Part shown: positions 1 through 10,250 of the stretch, one piece after another | How the letters are laid out: each line of letters opens with the position of its first letter | Position numbering within the stretch: position 1 is the stretch's first letter | NCBI GenBank assembly: GCA_031370005.1 | Contig: JANMPT010000021.1 | Coordinates: forward strand, 1-64,000 | Reading direction: 5' to 3' | From: Bdellovibrionales bacterium | GTDB taxonomy: Bacteria > Bdellovibrionota > Bdellovibrionia > Bdellovibrionales > Bdellovibrionaceae | DNA: 64,000 nucleotides | The notes under the pieces: generated by a model | The model's input: only the letters and a program-made list of their open reading frames with translations | Told to the model about the DNA's origin: nothing | Database searches by the model: none | Program-made: the position numbers and the translations under genes

Positions 1-3000
1 GTTTATAGTTAAGTCTGAGTAAACAGCAGCTCCGCCTAATCTTGGATTAGCAGTTCGCGAAGCTTGCGTAAAAGAATTATCCGGGAAGTATACCTGTCTT
101 GTTCCAGTAGGACGTTCTTCTTGATAAGTGACTTTAAAACCATTTCGTTCGGTGACCTCAGAGACATTAAATGCCCCAGCCAGAATTCTTGAGGTGGCAG
201 TTCTTTGAGTGCCATCAGGATACGTGATTGTGCTGGCATAGCCATCTATGAGATCGGTTCTAAATAAATTTTTAACCGCGCCCAGGGCATCGGCATCTTG
301 AATTAGCTCGCCTCGAGTATTAAAACTAAAAGTTGAACTGTTTCCATTTAGGTCTGTAAACTGAGACAACAAACCTGGTTGTGAGTATTGGAAGTGATAA
401 CCATCTCCTGTTGGCAAAGCTAAACCCGTTAGCCAGCCAGTGGAATCAATTGTGAAGCTCAAGTTTTGACCATATTTATTGGTCAAAGAAGTGACAAGGC
501 CACTAGAGTTTCTTTGAATCTGAATATTTTGCCCGTCAGCATCTTTTATCGCACTTAAAAAACCTGAAAGATCATATAGAAATTCCCACTTAGAGGCACC
601 AGTTTTTGCAAATGCAGTTTTTAAATGTTTTCCATTTTTCGAAAAATAATAAATTTCTTGTCCATCTTGAGAAGGGATTTGCACTAAGTTTGGATCATTC
701 CCCAGTAAGACTTGTCCAATACGACGCACTCTGTAGTTATTTGTGTCGGCAAAAACTACCGAGCCATCTGCGGCCAAAAATAAGCTTGCAACAGAAAAAC
801 CTGTGCTCAAACCGGGTTCAGTTAGTTGATTGCTACCAATTTGAGAAACACTCTCGATTTTCCCTTGAGAGTTAACTTTTTTAATAAAGGCCTGGATTTC
901 CACGAAATATATATTTCCGTTTTTTGCTACCCTTACAGTGGACGGGGCTCTTAATATCGCTTCTTGCGCTGTACTGCCGTCGGTGCTTATCTGCCCATTA
1001 GTTGAAGGAGTGCTGCCCACCACGCGATGAATAACTCCTGATGAATCCAATGCGCGAATAACACCATTATTTGTGTCAGCAATATAGATCTCTCCGTTGA
1101 GGCCAATATCGCCAACTTCAGGAGTTGCAAAAGAAGCCTGCAGGCCAGGCCCCTCATCCCCTGAGTTTCCCGAGCTGCCGTTGCCGGCGACTTTATGAAT
1201 AAAGCCATCTGTAGCAATTTGATAAACAGAGAAGCTAGTCAGATCGCCAAAGTAGACGCTGCCATCTCTGCTAACGGCAATTCCTGAAACACGGCCGAGA
1301 CGAGCTTGATTGGCCAAGACACCGTCTTGGGTGCCGGAGGCGGACGCAACGCCGGTTCCCGCAATCGTGTTAATAATACCATCAGGTGAAATCTTTCGAA
1401 TTCTATAACCTGATGGATCTAAAAAGTAAACACTGGCATCGGCGCCAACCGCGATAGAACTTATGGAATAAATACTGGCATCTATTGCCAAACCGCCGTC
1501 GCCGCTATGAACGTAAGCCGTTTTACCAGCAAGTGTAGAAAGAACGCCATTGGTTGAAATTTTTCTTAATTTTACACTTTGGCCATCAGCAAAGTAAATT
1601 GATCCGTCAGCGCCACTGGCCACGGACACTGGTCTTCCTAAGCCATTGCCATGAGCAAGCACGCCATCAGCTGCGACTGTAGTTAAGCCATTGCCACCAA
1701 TAGTGACAAGGGTTCTTAAGGTTTCATCAATATTTTTCTCATCCCCATTTCCAAAGTAAACAGTTTTACTCAAGGGATTATAGGCGTGTAAAATACTTGG
1801 TACCCAGCCACCAATGCCGTACTGAGAATCTATTGAGTTTGAGCCCACGTATATCTCGGAATATCGTACAATATCAAAACCAGCTCGCGCAGCAATATTA
1901 CTGGTTACAGTATTTGGAGCAAAATACGCCCAGGAAATATCGTTTGGAAATGTCGGAATGCCGTAATTGCCTCGAGCGGTGTATATGGTGCGAACAAGGG
2001 CTTTTACTTTGTAAGGAACATCACGACCGTAAGCATCTTTACCATCCCAGGTGTATTTCACAGACAGATCAGGTTGAGCGGGAAGCACTCCAGTTATTTG
2101 CTTTCCAGCGATTTCAACAATGTAGCGGATGGTGGTAATATCACTTCCTATTTGGCTCCCGGATAGTGGAATCGTGATTTCCATATTGGAGGCCTTGGGA
2201 AGGGCTTTTTCAGAATTATACCAAAGGTCAAAGGGGAGGATCTTCGTTTTTACTTTTTCTAAAAGAGATAAGCTATGAACATCAATGATCGAACCACAAT
2301 CTTTGCACTGGCCAAAAATTGGTTTTAAGTATGAAAACACGTTCCCGATGTATCCCAAAAGCTTTCCAAATACGGTCTGTAAAAAATTTGTATCAAAGGT
2401 GCTGAAATGATTCATCTGAACACGCCACAAGCTTTTGCCTGGAAGATAAAGAATTCCAATTTGCGCTAATTCTTCTTGAGTAATATTTAGAGCCTGTAGC
2501 TCTGCTGCGGTGGCGGCTTGCCCTAGGCCTTTAACATCAAGAGAGGTCATGCCATTTTGAACAGCTAAAACTTGCAAGACGACTCCATCGTGCTCACCTT
2601 CCCATAAGCGCGTGTCTGGATTAAGAACACCGAGAGGAACCCCGTACCCAATGGGAATATTTAAAAAGTTATCAATGTAATATGAAACTGCTTGGTTAAA
2701 CTGAACATGCCTTGCACCTTGAGCAATCGCTTCATCAGAGGAAAGCTCCACGGCATGAGTGTAAGCGACGTTGGCCGGAAGATTTGCGGGCATTTTTTTA
2801 GGCCCATTATCTCCCACGGTGTATTCTGTTGCCCGGAAAGACAGGTTTGAAATAGGTTTTGAGCTTCCATCAGGGAAAACCAGGCTCGCCGTGGTGTTTG
2901 AGGGAATGAACACCGTTGGAGTGCGTTCTCCGGACGAGTCGCTGACTAAAGAGCCCTGGGCTGACTGAGCAATCGGAGCCCCCATTGTTAATTGAGTCAT

Positions 3001-4419
3001 TTTCTGGTCTAACTTCGTTAGGACAACATCAGGGGCGAAGAAATAATCCTGGAAGCTTGTTTGAATCTGTCGAGATGAGGATAGATATCCTGACCGATCA
3101 TAAAGTATGGTCAGATACCCGCCGCCATTTACTATTAAATCAAATTGTCCATCTTGCCGAGAAAGCGTTTCGCCAAACTCGGAATGATTTAAAACTTTAA
3201 TACTCACGCCACTCAAAGGCTGATTGGCGTCATCTAAAACTATCCCCCTTAAAACAGCAATACGTCTTTCTTCGAGTTTTGTGAGATCAACATTTTTTTG
3301 CACTGGATTTGTGCCCGACAGTAAAAAACTCACAGAATCATAAAAAGTAGTTTGTTCGCTTTTTGAAAGTGTTGTTGCAAAATCTTTTGGATCTGGAGGC
3401 AACTCCGGAGCAATCACACTCACACTGACCTCAGCACTGGAGCTTAAGCCATAGGGGTCTTGCACAGTTAGTCTTACAGTGTAAGCTCCTAAGTTTTTAA
3501 ACTCGTGAGTTATAAGGGCTAAGCCATCAGCTTGCGCTCCATCCCCAAAATCCCAGTGATAAGTCAGGGCTTGGCCAGCATCTGGATCACTTGAAGCTGA
3601 CCCATCAAAGTACACCATTAAAGGCCCAAGGCCTGTGCCACTTGAAGCAAGGCTTAGCTTTGCAAGCGGAGCCTGGTCTTGGATAACTGTAATGATTTGT
3701 GAGGTCGCAGCAGAAACCCCAAGGTTGTCAGTGACTGTCAGAGTCAGCGTGTAATTGCCTGCCACAGTGTAAATGTGATTAGCTAAAATACCAATGGCAG
3801 TGGTGCCGTCACCAAAATCCAGAGAATAAGACAACTGGCTTGAGTCCGGGTCCGTTGAACCCGCACCACTTGCAGAAATCGTGAGTGGTGCAAAGCCCTG
3901 AAGGGGACTTGCGGTTAATACAGGTTGTGGCGGCTGATCTTCCACTACCGTATTGGCTTGGATAACCACAGAGCTTCCGTAAAAACCCTTGCTTAGAACC
4001 TGGATCTGGTTTTGTCCAAGTACTAAAGGAATATTATAAGAGTATTTTCCAATAGCCGGGTCCCAAGTTTTAATAACATTTGTGCCATTGATTTTGGCTT
4101 GCAGACTTCTGGGACGAGTGAATAAAACTTCCAGGGTTTTAGCAACATTAGAAAAAACACAGGAAAGGCGCACTGAAAAACTTCCACTGCATTTGACTGT
4201 TCTTAGATCACTGCCATTGCCAGCTTGAATCTGAAGCACACCCGTGTTTGCAGAAGAAGCAAAGGAGAAAGTTTTATTATTTGAGTTTTTAATTGAGTTA
4301 ACAATAGTTTGCGGAGCTAGAACCTGCTGGGTCACTGTCACGGCATTTGCTGAGGGGTTTACTACTAAGTTTACGAATAAAAAAACTCCGCCGACGTACA
4401 ATGCTGATTTTTTAAACAT
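1..4419 (-). CDS. Giant secreted teneurin-like/RHS (YD-repeat) protein: signal peptide, 2 PKD domains, teneurin FN-plug-like region, NHL beta-propeller, start of YD shell; 3' end lies outside the window
   Basis: Manual minus-strand translation from ATG at 4419 (MFKKSALYVGGVFLFVNLVVNPSANA); no stop in the stretches I translated, down to position 1. PKD motifs SLDFGDG and WDFGDG; IAVLRGIVLDDANQPLSGVSI..FGETLSRQDGQFDLIVNGGG; NHL repeats (GSIYFADG..RKISTNG, IRKISPDGIINTIAGTG); YD-like repeats (FLYDLSGFLSAIKDADG). Absent from the ORF track, probably because it has no stop in the window. Confidence 0.9.
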   Translation of the reverse strand, partial: MFKKSALYVGGVFLFVNLVVNPSANAVTVTQQVLAPQTIVNSIKNSNNKTFSFASSANTGVLQIQAGNGSDLRTVKCSGSFSVRLSCVFSNVAKTLEVLFTRPRSLQAKINGTNVIKTWDPAIGKYSYNIPLVLGQNQIQVLSKGFYGSSVVIQANTVVEDQPPQPVLTASPLQGFAPLTISASGAGSTDPDSSQLSYSLDFGDGTTAIGILANHIYTVAGNYTLTLTVTDNLGVSAATSQIITVIQDQAPLAKLSLASSGTGLGPLMVYFDGSASSDPDAGQALTYHWDFGDGAQADGLALITHEFKNLGAYTVRLTVQDPYGLSSSAEVSVSVIAPELPPDPKDFATTLSKSEQTTFYDSVSFLLSGTNPVQKNVDLTKLEERRIAVLRGIVLDDANQPLSGVSIKVLNHSEFGETLSRQDGQFDLIVNGGGYLTILYDRSGYLSSSRQIQTSFQDYFFAPDVVLTKLDQKMTQLTMGAPIAQSAQGSLVSDSSGERTPTVFIPSNTTASLVFPDGSSKPISNLSFRATEYTVGDNGPKKMPANLPANVAYTHAVELSSDEAIAQGARHVQFNQAVSYYIDNFLNIPIGYGVPLGVLNPDTRLWEGEHDGVVLQVLAVQNGMTSLDVKGLGQAATAAELQALNITQEELAQIGILYLPGKSLWRVQMNHFSTFDTNFLQTVFGKLLGYIGNVFSYLKPIFGQCKDCGSIIDVHSLSLLEKVKTKILPFDLWYNSEKALPKASNMEITIPLSGSQIGSDITTIRYIVEIAGKQITGVLPAQPDLSVKYTWDGKDAYGRDVPYKVKALVRTIYTARGNYGIPTFPNDISWAYFAPNTVTSNIAARAGFDIVRYSEIYVGSNSIDSQYGIGGWVPSILHAYNPLSKTVYFGNGDEKNIDETLRTLVTIGGNGLTTVAADGVLAHGNGLGRPVSVASGADGSIYFADGQSVKLRKISTNGVLSTLAGKTAYVHSGDGGLAIDASIYSISSIAVGADASVYFLDPSGYRIRKISPDGIINTIAGTGVASASGTQDGVLANQARLGRVSGIAVSRDGSVYFGDLTSFSVYQIATDGFIHKVAGNGSSGNSGDEGPGLQASFATPEVGDIGLNGEIYIADTNNGVIRALDSSGVIHRVVGSTPSTNGQISTDGSTAQEAILRAPSTVRVAKNGNIYFVEIQAFIKKVNSQGKIESVSQIGSNQLTEPGLSTGFSVASLFLAADGSVVFADTNNYRVRRIGQVLLGNDPNLVQIPSQDGQEIYYFSKNGKHLKTAFAKTGASKWEFLYDLSGFLSAIKDADGQNIQIQRNSSGLVTSLTNKYGQNLSFTIDSTGWLTGLALPTGDGYHFQYSQPGLLSQFTDLNGNSSTFSFNTRGELIQDADALGAVKNLFRTDLIDGYASTITYPDGTQRTATSRILAGAFNVSEVTERNGFKVTYQEERPTGTRQVYFPDNSFTQASRTANPRLGGAAVYSDLTIN

Positions 4420-4456
4420 GCCTTCATCCTTTGTTGTTTAATAAACAGATACCAAT

Positions 4457-4483
4457 CTTTCGGTTGGCTTTTTCCAGGACTAA
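4457..4483 (-). promoter_or_regulatory. Possible sigma28 (FliA)-type promoter upstream of the teneurin-like gene
   Basis: Minus strand reads TTAG-N15-ACCGAAAG versus consensus TAAA-N15-GCCGATAA. Spacing is correct but the match is partial. Confidence 0.35.
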
Positions 4484-4595
4484 AGGCCTAAAGCGGAATT
4501 TGACATTTAATTAACATCAGGACGTATTAAAATAAGATTTTATTTAACACCTGTGTCAAAATAGAACACGAATACACTGTGAGGAGATTCACTCA

Positions 4596-5258
4596 ATGGC
4601 CCTAGTAATTAAACTCATTTTAATGGCATTCATTTTGATTCCAATATCTTCCGTGGCTCAACAAATCCGTGTTGAAAAAGTTAAAGGAAATAAAGCTGTC
4701 ATCGAATTTTCAGGGGATCTGACTCCGGGAAAAACCTATTCCATTCGTGATAAAAGTGGTCACAATGGAGTACGCAAATATGTCATCAGCGGCAGTATGG
4801 AATTTACTTCAAGCACCTATGCCGCTTCCTCCCTCAGCGCAAGTGTAAAACACAACGACCTGAATCTGTCTGCTCGTTTTGGTTGGAACTATGAAGTTTT
4901 TGAGTTTGGTCCTATTTTTGGCTATCGAAATATTGATTCTGGTTACGTCGATCAACATTTCACTTCGTTTTCCGGAGGTGTATTTGTCGACTATAACTTC
5001 ACTCCGAATCACCCAGAGGCAAGCGCAATTTTCGGTCTGACTGGTGAAGGTATTTTTGGTTCACTAACTCCAAACTCCGGCAGCAGCGCATCTACAACGG
5101 GATTTTTCGCTGGAGGCTTTTTCAAGTGGTTTGGTTTAACAGACTCCACCGCTCTCCGTGCGGATCTTGGTTACGATTATCTCAAAACAACCGCAGACAC
5201 TTCGAACAATACTCTTCAAGGTTTTGTTTTCCGCGGTGGAATTGCGACCTATTTCTAA
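4596..5258 (+). CDS. Outer-membrane beta-barrel protein
   Basis: Signal peptide, alternating amphipathic strands, C-terminal GGIATYF (terminal Phe); GAGGAG RBS upstream. Confidence 0.75.
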   Translation: MALVIKLILMAFILIPISSVAQQIRVEKVKGNKAVIEFSGDLTPGKTYSIRDKSGHNGVRKYVISGSMEFTSSTYAASSLSASVKHNDLNLSARFGWNYEVFEFGPIFGYRNIDSGYVDQHFTSFSGGVFVDYNFTPNHPEASAIFGLTGEGIFGSLTPNSGSSASTTGFFAGGFFKWFGLTDSTALRADLGYDYLKTTADTSNNTLQGFVFRGGIATYF

Positions 5259-5360
5259 AAAATGACGTTTTGGGTATTTAACACCGAGAGAATCATTAGA
5301 ATAAATGCACAAAATATAACAAATCGTAATGACATGGTCAGTGCTTCTAACAAAGAACTC

Positions 5361-7427
5361 TTAAAAACTCAAGCCCATGCCTATTGTACCGTAAAATGTA
5401 TTCAAAGTGGCTCTCTGTTGTAGCTGATTGTCCACAATCGCATAACGCTTAAGACCGAATCCGGCCTCCCCAAACCAATTTTTTGTCCACAGTACTTTTC
5501 CATGAAAATTCAGAGAGAAATTCGTTTGTAAAGTCGTTTGCGACGATAGTGATATCGGATAATAAATAAGCTCCATATCTACCCATTTTGGATACCTCAT
5601 CATCTGCATGAGATTGAATATATCATCAAATATCTTTGGCATTGAACGCCCCCAAAAGCCGCCCACCCCGAGCATAGATGTATTGATCTGGTCAAAACTA
5701 ATACTTTGATAGTCCAACATAGCTCCAAGAGTTTCATCCCGACTCCAAAGACCTGGCTCGAAACGATACTTTAAGTCGACATTGGCCACAGCTAAATCCG
5801 CTTGTGACCCTGTCGTGGTGCTCACAGTCAGCTTTGTTAATGACTTAAAATACTTAGCACTGATCCCCCACCGCTGACGTCCCACCCAATAGTTGGTCCA
5901 ACCCATAAAATTCTCGAACCACTGATTGTAGGCAAGCTCGCCTAAAAAAACACTTTCGCCACTCGGCTGAAGTAAGCCCGACAAACGCAAACTGATCTCC
6001 TGAGGATAACCCTTATAAAGCTCATAAAAGGCTTTATACACTTTTCCTTTATACTCCATATTCAAATAACTGCGATTGAGCTCACCCCGATTAGTGGCTT
6101 TAAATCTCCAAAGAAAATAATTTGGGTCTTTTTCATTAACTTCAATTGAATTTTCAAAGCTTGTGATATTCACATCTGGAATTCTTTTACCAAAGAGCTT
6201 TACCCCGTCAACATAGGTGCCTGTTGGTGTATGGATATCTAAGTAGGGTCTTGCATTGGCACGAGGAATTTCTGAAAGATCGAAGCGCTGAGTGAAAAGA
6301 CCACCGCCTTGACCAGGCAAGTAAAGCTTCGGGTCTACAGAACTAATAATTGCCTCCCAGAACTTACGCATATCTCCGATTGTGGACTCAAATCCAAGAG
6401 CTTTGGTCACCGAAGAGTATTCGTCTGGATTGAGAACCGTTGTTGGAGCTGTGGGCAAAGTTCCCCAAGCCACTACACGGATTTGATCTGGTTTTTTTGT
6501 GTCTGATAGGTCCATAAGATTGAGCTTATTCGGAGTCGCGATAAACTCATAGGTCTCACCGCTGGCAAGCTCTGCGAAGAATGCCGTTGGCATATCACGT
6601 GGAACAGGTACGTTTTGCTTTAAAGCTGCACTTTGAGATTGTAAGAGAACCCGTGGTGGCACGACGGTCTTCACTTTGCTCATTGTCAGCTGTTTGCCAT
6701 TGCCACGAATAACATAATGTTGAGAGCAAAGGCGAGATTGTGAGCGTCCCTGAGCCTGAGTGAGGCAAAAACGAAAAGATTCACCAAAAGCTCGCAAACC
6801 CCGAGCTGTCGCATCAATAATTCCGTATTGAGTGTAAAAAACACTAGTTTTTGGAAGATGCTCTGTTTTTACGCCTCTTTGCTGAAGCCCCTTTTCCCAA
6901 ATTTTTAGTTTTGCTTTCCAAAGATTGCGTTTTGCCTCAGTTATGTCTTCTTTCCAAAGAACGGCACCGGTATGGGCGATCACTTCGAGAGTCCCACCCT
7001 GCTGTAGTGTCTCAGGCCATCGCAAGACCAAAGCTGTCTTGCTGGCCTCCTTGGAACCAAGAACAGAAATCATTTTTGGGTGAAACTTTGACACAGGCAC
7101 CAATGCAAAGAAAAAACTCTTTTCATCAATAAGCGCATCTCCCACTCGCAGAGAGTTCCCTCCCTCGCCTGTCAAATCATACTCCAGCTCCATTGTTGGC
7201 AATAGGTTGTCCATGGACTCAAAATATACGGGTTTGGTGTACTCATCGTCTCTGGCTGTTTTTAGAACTAGGCGCGGACTTTTTTTATCTACGCTCTCTG
7301 GAGTCACTGCCTCTTGGGCATAAGTTCTGCACGAAGCAAAACAAATAAAAAACAAGCACAAGATTTTCCATTTGCTGGTGTTTTGGGAGTTTCGTCTGAA
7401 CAGTTCTAACCACTGGATTAAATTCAC
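5361..7427 (-). CDS. Hypothetical exported protein with probable C-terminal beta-barrel
   Basis: 688 aa ORF; N-terminal signal-like segment; aromatic-rich amphipathic C-terminal third ending GTIGMGLSF. Confidence 0.7.
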   Translation of the reverse strand: MNLIQWLELFRRNSQNTSKWKILCLFFICFASCRTYAQEAVTPESVDKKSPRLVLKTARDDEYTKPVYFESMDNLLPTMELEYDLTGEGGNSLRVGDALIDEKSFFFALVPVSKFHPKMISVLGSKEASKTALVLRWPETLQQGGTLEVIAHTGAVLWKEDITEAKRNLWKAKLKIWEKGLQQRGVKTEHLPKTSVFYTQYGIIDATARGLRAFGESFRFCLTQAQGRSQSRLCSQHYVIRGNGKQLTMSKVKTVVPPRVLLQSQSAALKQNVPVPRDMPTAFFAELASGETYEFIATPNKLNLMDLSDTKKPDQIRVVAWGTLPTAPTTVLNPDEYSSVTKALGFESTIGDMRKFWEAIISSVDPKLYLPGQGGGLFTQRFDLSEIPRANARPYLDIHTPTGTYVDGVKLFGKRIPDVNITSFENSIEVNEKDPNYFLWRFKATNRGELNRSYLNMEYKGKVYKAFYELYKGYPQEISLRLSGLLQPSGESVFLGELAYNQWFENFMGWTNYWVGRQRWGISAKYFKSLTKLTVSTTTGSQADLAVANVDLKYRFEPGLWSRDETLGAMLDYQSISFDQINTSMLGVGGFWGRSMPKIFDDIFNLMQMMRYPKWVDMELIYYPISLSSQTTLQTNFSLNFHGKVLWTKNWFGEAGFGLKRYAIVDNQLQQRATLNTFYGTIGMGLSF

Positions 7428-7549
7428 ATTTTCATGTTAATAAATGAAGTGTTGTGCCACAAGTTAAATAATTTGACTGCCTGGACTTTTTAAACCAATC
7501 AAGGCAGTCTGCATTTCTAGTTTTTAAGATTAATTTGGGGTTAATAAAG

Positions 7550-8272
7550 ATGTCCGCAGCAAGAATCGCCTATTCGATGAGAGTCGAAAAAATCATAGAT
7601 CATACTCATAATGTGCGTGAGTTAATTTTGAGAACGGAAAGTCCTGAAAGTTTTCAATATCGAGCAGGCCAATTCGTTATGCTCCATGTGCCTTTTCCAG
7701 ATGCTAAACCAGCACTTCGTGCCTACTCGATTGCCTCCGATGACCGAGTAAAGAATGGCTTTCGTTTACTTTTCAAATTTGTGGAAACGGGCTTAGCCTC
7801 GACCTACGTATGGTCTCTAAAAGGCCAAGAAAGCCTAAAATTCACCGGCCCCTTCGGCAAGGTTTTCTTCCAAGAGCCTCCCACAGAACAAATTGTGTTT
7901 TTAAATACAGGAACGGGTGTTTCCCAGCATTTATCATATTTGTATTCAAAAATAGAAAACTTCCCAGACTTGCAATACCGTATGCTCTTTGGTGTACGCA
8001 GTGAAAAAGACATCTACCTGAAAGGTGAGCTTGATGCTTTAGCTGCTCAATTTCCGAACTTTCAGTATGAATTTGTCCTCAGCCGCCCAAGTGAGCACTG
8101 GAAGGGTAAAAAAGGCTATGTTCAGCATTTTTTAAAAAACTTCAAATATCAAAGCACTCCAACAACCTTTTATCTCTGTGGTAACGGCGGCATGATTAAA
8201 GAAGTAAAACATCAGCTTCTTGAGGTCGACGGCTTTGATAAAGCCCGAGTCTGGGCTGAAGCATTTGATTAA
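7550..8272 (+). CDS. FAD/NAD(P)-binding oxidoreductase (ferredoxin-NADP reductase-like)
   Basis: Motifs AGQFV, RAYSIAS, GPFG, TGTGVS, YLCG and C-terminal EAFD. Confidence 0.9.
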   Translation: MSAARIAYSMRVEKIIDHTHNVRELILRTESPESFQYRAGQFVMLHVPFPDAKPALRAYSIASDDRVKNGFRLLFKFVETGLASTYVWSLKGQESLKFTGPFGKVFFQEPPTEQIVFLNTGTGVSQHLSYLYSKIENFPDLQYRMLFGVRSEKDIYLKGELDALAAQFPNFQYEFVLSRPSEHWKGKKGYVQHFLKNFKYQSTPTTFYLCGNGGMIKEVKHQLLEVDGFDKARVWAEAFD

Positions 8273-8290
8273 TTGTCTGCAGATAAATAT

Positions 8291-9214
8291 ATGAGCATTG
8301 CCAATCCCACACCTCGCCAAGCCGTCTTTGAATTAATTTTTGCCGGCGCACTGTGGGGTTTCGGATTTGTTGCCACCCAGTGGGCCTTAACAACCTGGAG
8401 CCCAGCAGGAGTTTTGCTCTATCGTTTTACCGGCGCACTGGTGTTGGGAGAAATCCTTTATTTTTATATACAGTACAATCAAAAAATAAAGCTGCCATGG
8501 AAAGAAGACTTTAAAGGCTCTATTCCTGCGGGGCTTTTACTCGGTAGTTTTTTGCTATTGCAAACTATCGGTCTGCAATACACCACGGCCAGCAAAAGTG
8601 GATTTATAACCACCCTTTATGTGATTTTTGTTCCAATCGGAAATTGGATCGTTTTTAAAAAGAAAATTTCAATAACAGGTATGGGGCTTGTCGCCCTGGC
8701 TTGTTTTGGAACTTTTTTATTAATGGACATCCACCTTAAAACTTTCACCGAGGATATCAATATTGGCGATCTTTGGACGCTAGCTAGTGCTTTACTTGGT
8801 ACTGCGCACATTATTTATATTGGTCGCTTTTCCTCCAGGGTAAAAAATGCCTTTCGTGTAAATAACTTCCAGTCCCTATGGAGCTTGGCAATCATCATTC
8901 CAGTGGCTTATTTTATGCCGCGAATTCAAACCGGTCCTCTCAATGCTAAATCCCTCACAGGAGTTTTGATCCTGGCTGCAGCATGCAGCGTTCTGGGATT
9001 TTTCATTCAAATTCGAACCCAAAAAGTTCTCACTGACACCACAGCGAGTATGCTATTTTTACTTGAAAGTCCCTATGCTTTTTTCTTTGCCTATCTATTG
9101 ATGGGCGATAGACTTAATGTTTTTCAGATCCTCGGTGCCCTGTTGATCCTTGGTGCCGCACTCGGGATGGTGCTTCTGGAAAGCGGATTGACCAGTAAAG
9201 AGCAATCAAAATAA
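8291..9214 (+). CDS. DMT/EamA family transporter
   Basis: About 10 TM helices; LWGFGF, QTIGLQYTTASKSGFIT, GDLWTL and LLESP motifs. Confidence 0.9.
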   Translation: MSIANPTPRQAVFELIFAGALWGFGFVATQWALTTWSPAGVLLYRFTGALVLGEILYFYIQYNQKIKLPWKEDFKGSIPAGLLLGSFLLLQTIGLQYTTASKSGFITTLYVIFVPIGNWIVFKKKISITGMGLVALACFGTFLLMDIHLKTFTEDINIGDLWTLASALLGTAHIIYIGRFSSRVKNAFRVNNFQSLWSLAIIIPVAYFMPRIQTGPLNAKSLTGVLILAAACSVLGFFIQIRTQKVLTDTTASMLFLLESPYAFFFAYLLMGDRLNVFQILGALLILGAALGMVLLESGLTSKEQSK

Positions 9215-10202
9215 CAAAGCCCCCGAGCAATCCGGTCACCCATTCCGGAATATGTAAAAAGGGATCCATCAACATAATCATCGCTAAACTGCCGATAGCA
9301 TAAAATGCGCCATGCTCAAGATATAAAAACTTACTCAGAGTTTCTTTTTCAACAAAAAGAATAGTCAAAGAACGCACGAAGAAGGCACCAATACTCAGGC
9401 CAATCATAATAATAAAAAGATTGTGCGTTATTGCAAATGCACCAACTACTCCATCGAAACTAAAAGATGCATCTAAAACTTCAAGGTAAATAAACATGCC
9501 AGCACTGGCCTTGTTCAAATCCTTCATAGTCTCCTGAGACAGTTCAAGCCAGCCACCAATACCATCTACCACCACATAAGTGATCAAGCCCGCTATCCCG
9601 GCAAACAAAAAAGTAAGCTGCTCCTTATCTTCAGGTAAAAACAATGAAAGCAACGCCAACGTCATTAAAGTCAGACCAATTTCGATGGCGTCGATTTTAC
9701 CAAGGGCTGCCAATGGTCTTTCGATCATTGCAATCCAGTGGACATCTTTGGTCTCATCATAAAAATAACGAAGGGTGACCATCAGTAAGAAAGTTCCACC
9801 GAAAGCCGCAACCCCCAAATGGGCTGAAAGCATCACTTGCGCATATTGCTCTGGTTTAAAGCTGGCCATCATTAGAGCCGACCACGGGTTAATTTTTGCA
9901 ACAACTGCTACAATCGCTAAAGGAAAAACCAAACGCATTCCAAAAACTGCTACCAGCATGCCCCAAGTGATAAAGCGATGACGCCAAACCGGGGTCATTT
10001 CTTTTAAAACCATGGCGTTGACAATAGCATTATCAAAAGAAAGAGAGATCTCAAGAACAGCTAAAATAAAAGAAATAAAAAGTGCCTCAAGAGCGCCTGA
10101 GGTTGTTCCAGAATAGTAATATCCCACGAAAACAGCGAGAATAAGTCCAACAATCGTTGCAACAATTGACCCAGTGAAATAACCAATATAACTCTTATTC
10201 AT
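9114..10202 (-). CDS. DUF475 (TerC-like) integral membrane protein
   Basis: LEISLSFDNAIVNA, FGMRLVFP, YLEVLDASFSFDGVVGAFAIT and YLEHGA are characteristic DUF475 motifs. Confidence 0.9.
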   Translation of the reverse strand: MNKSYIGYFTGSIVATIVGLILAVFVGYYYSGTTSGALEALFISFILAVLEISLSFDNAIVNAMVLKEMTPVWRHRFITWGMLVAVFGMRLVFPLAIVAVVAKINPWSALMMASFKPEQYAQVMLSAHLGVAAFGGTFLLMVTLRYFYDETKDVHWIAMIERPLAALGKIDAIEIGLTLMTLALLSLFLPEDKEQLTFLFAGIAGLITYVVVDGIGGWLELSQETMKDLNKASAGMFIYLEVLDASFSFDGVVGAFAITHNLFIIMIGLSIGAFFVRSLTILFVEKETLSKFLYLEHGAFYAIGSLAMIMLMDPFLHIPEWVTGLLGGFVILIALYWSIRFPEAPSRVRHQGSTGHRGSEKH

Positions 10203-10250
10203 ATAAAAATCCTTGCAGTTTATTAGACAAAGACTACAACAAATAAACCT

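Noticed and set aside
36..4441. Short ORFs listed in the track within 1-4441
   Set aside because: They are shadows in other frames or on the opposite strand of the giant minus-strand teneurin-like gene.
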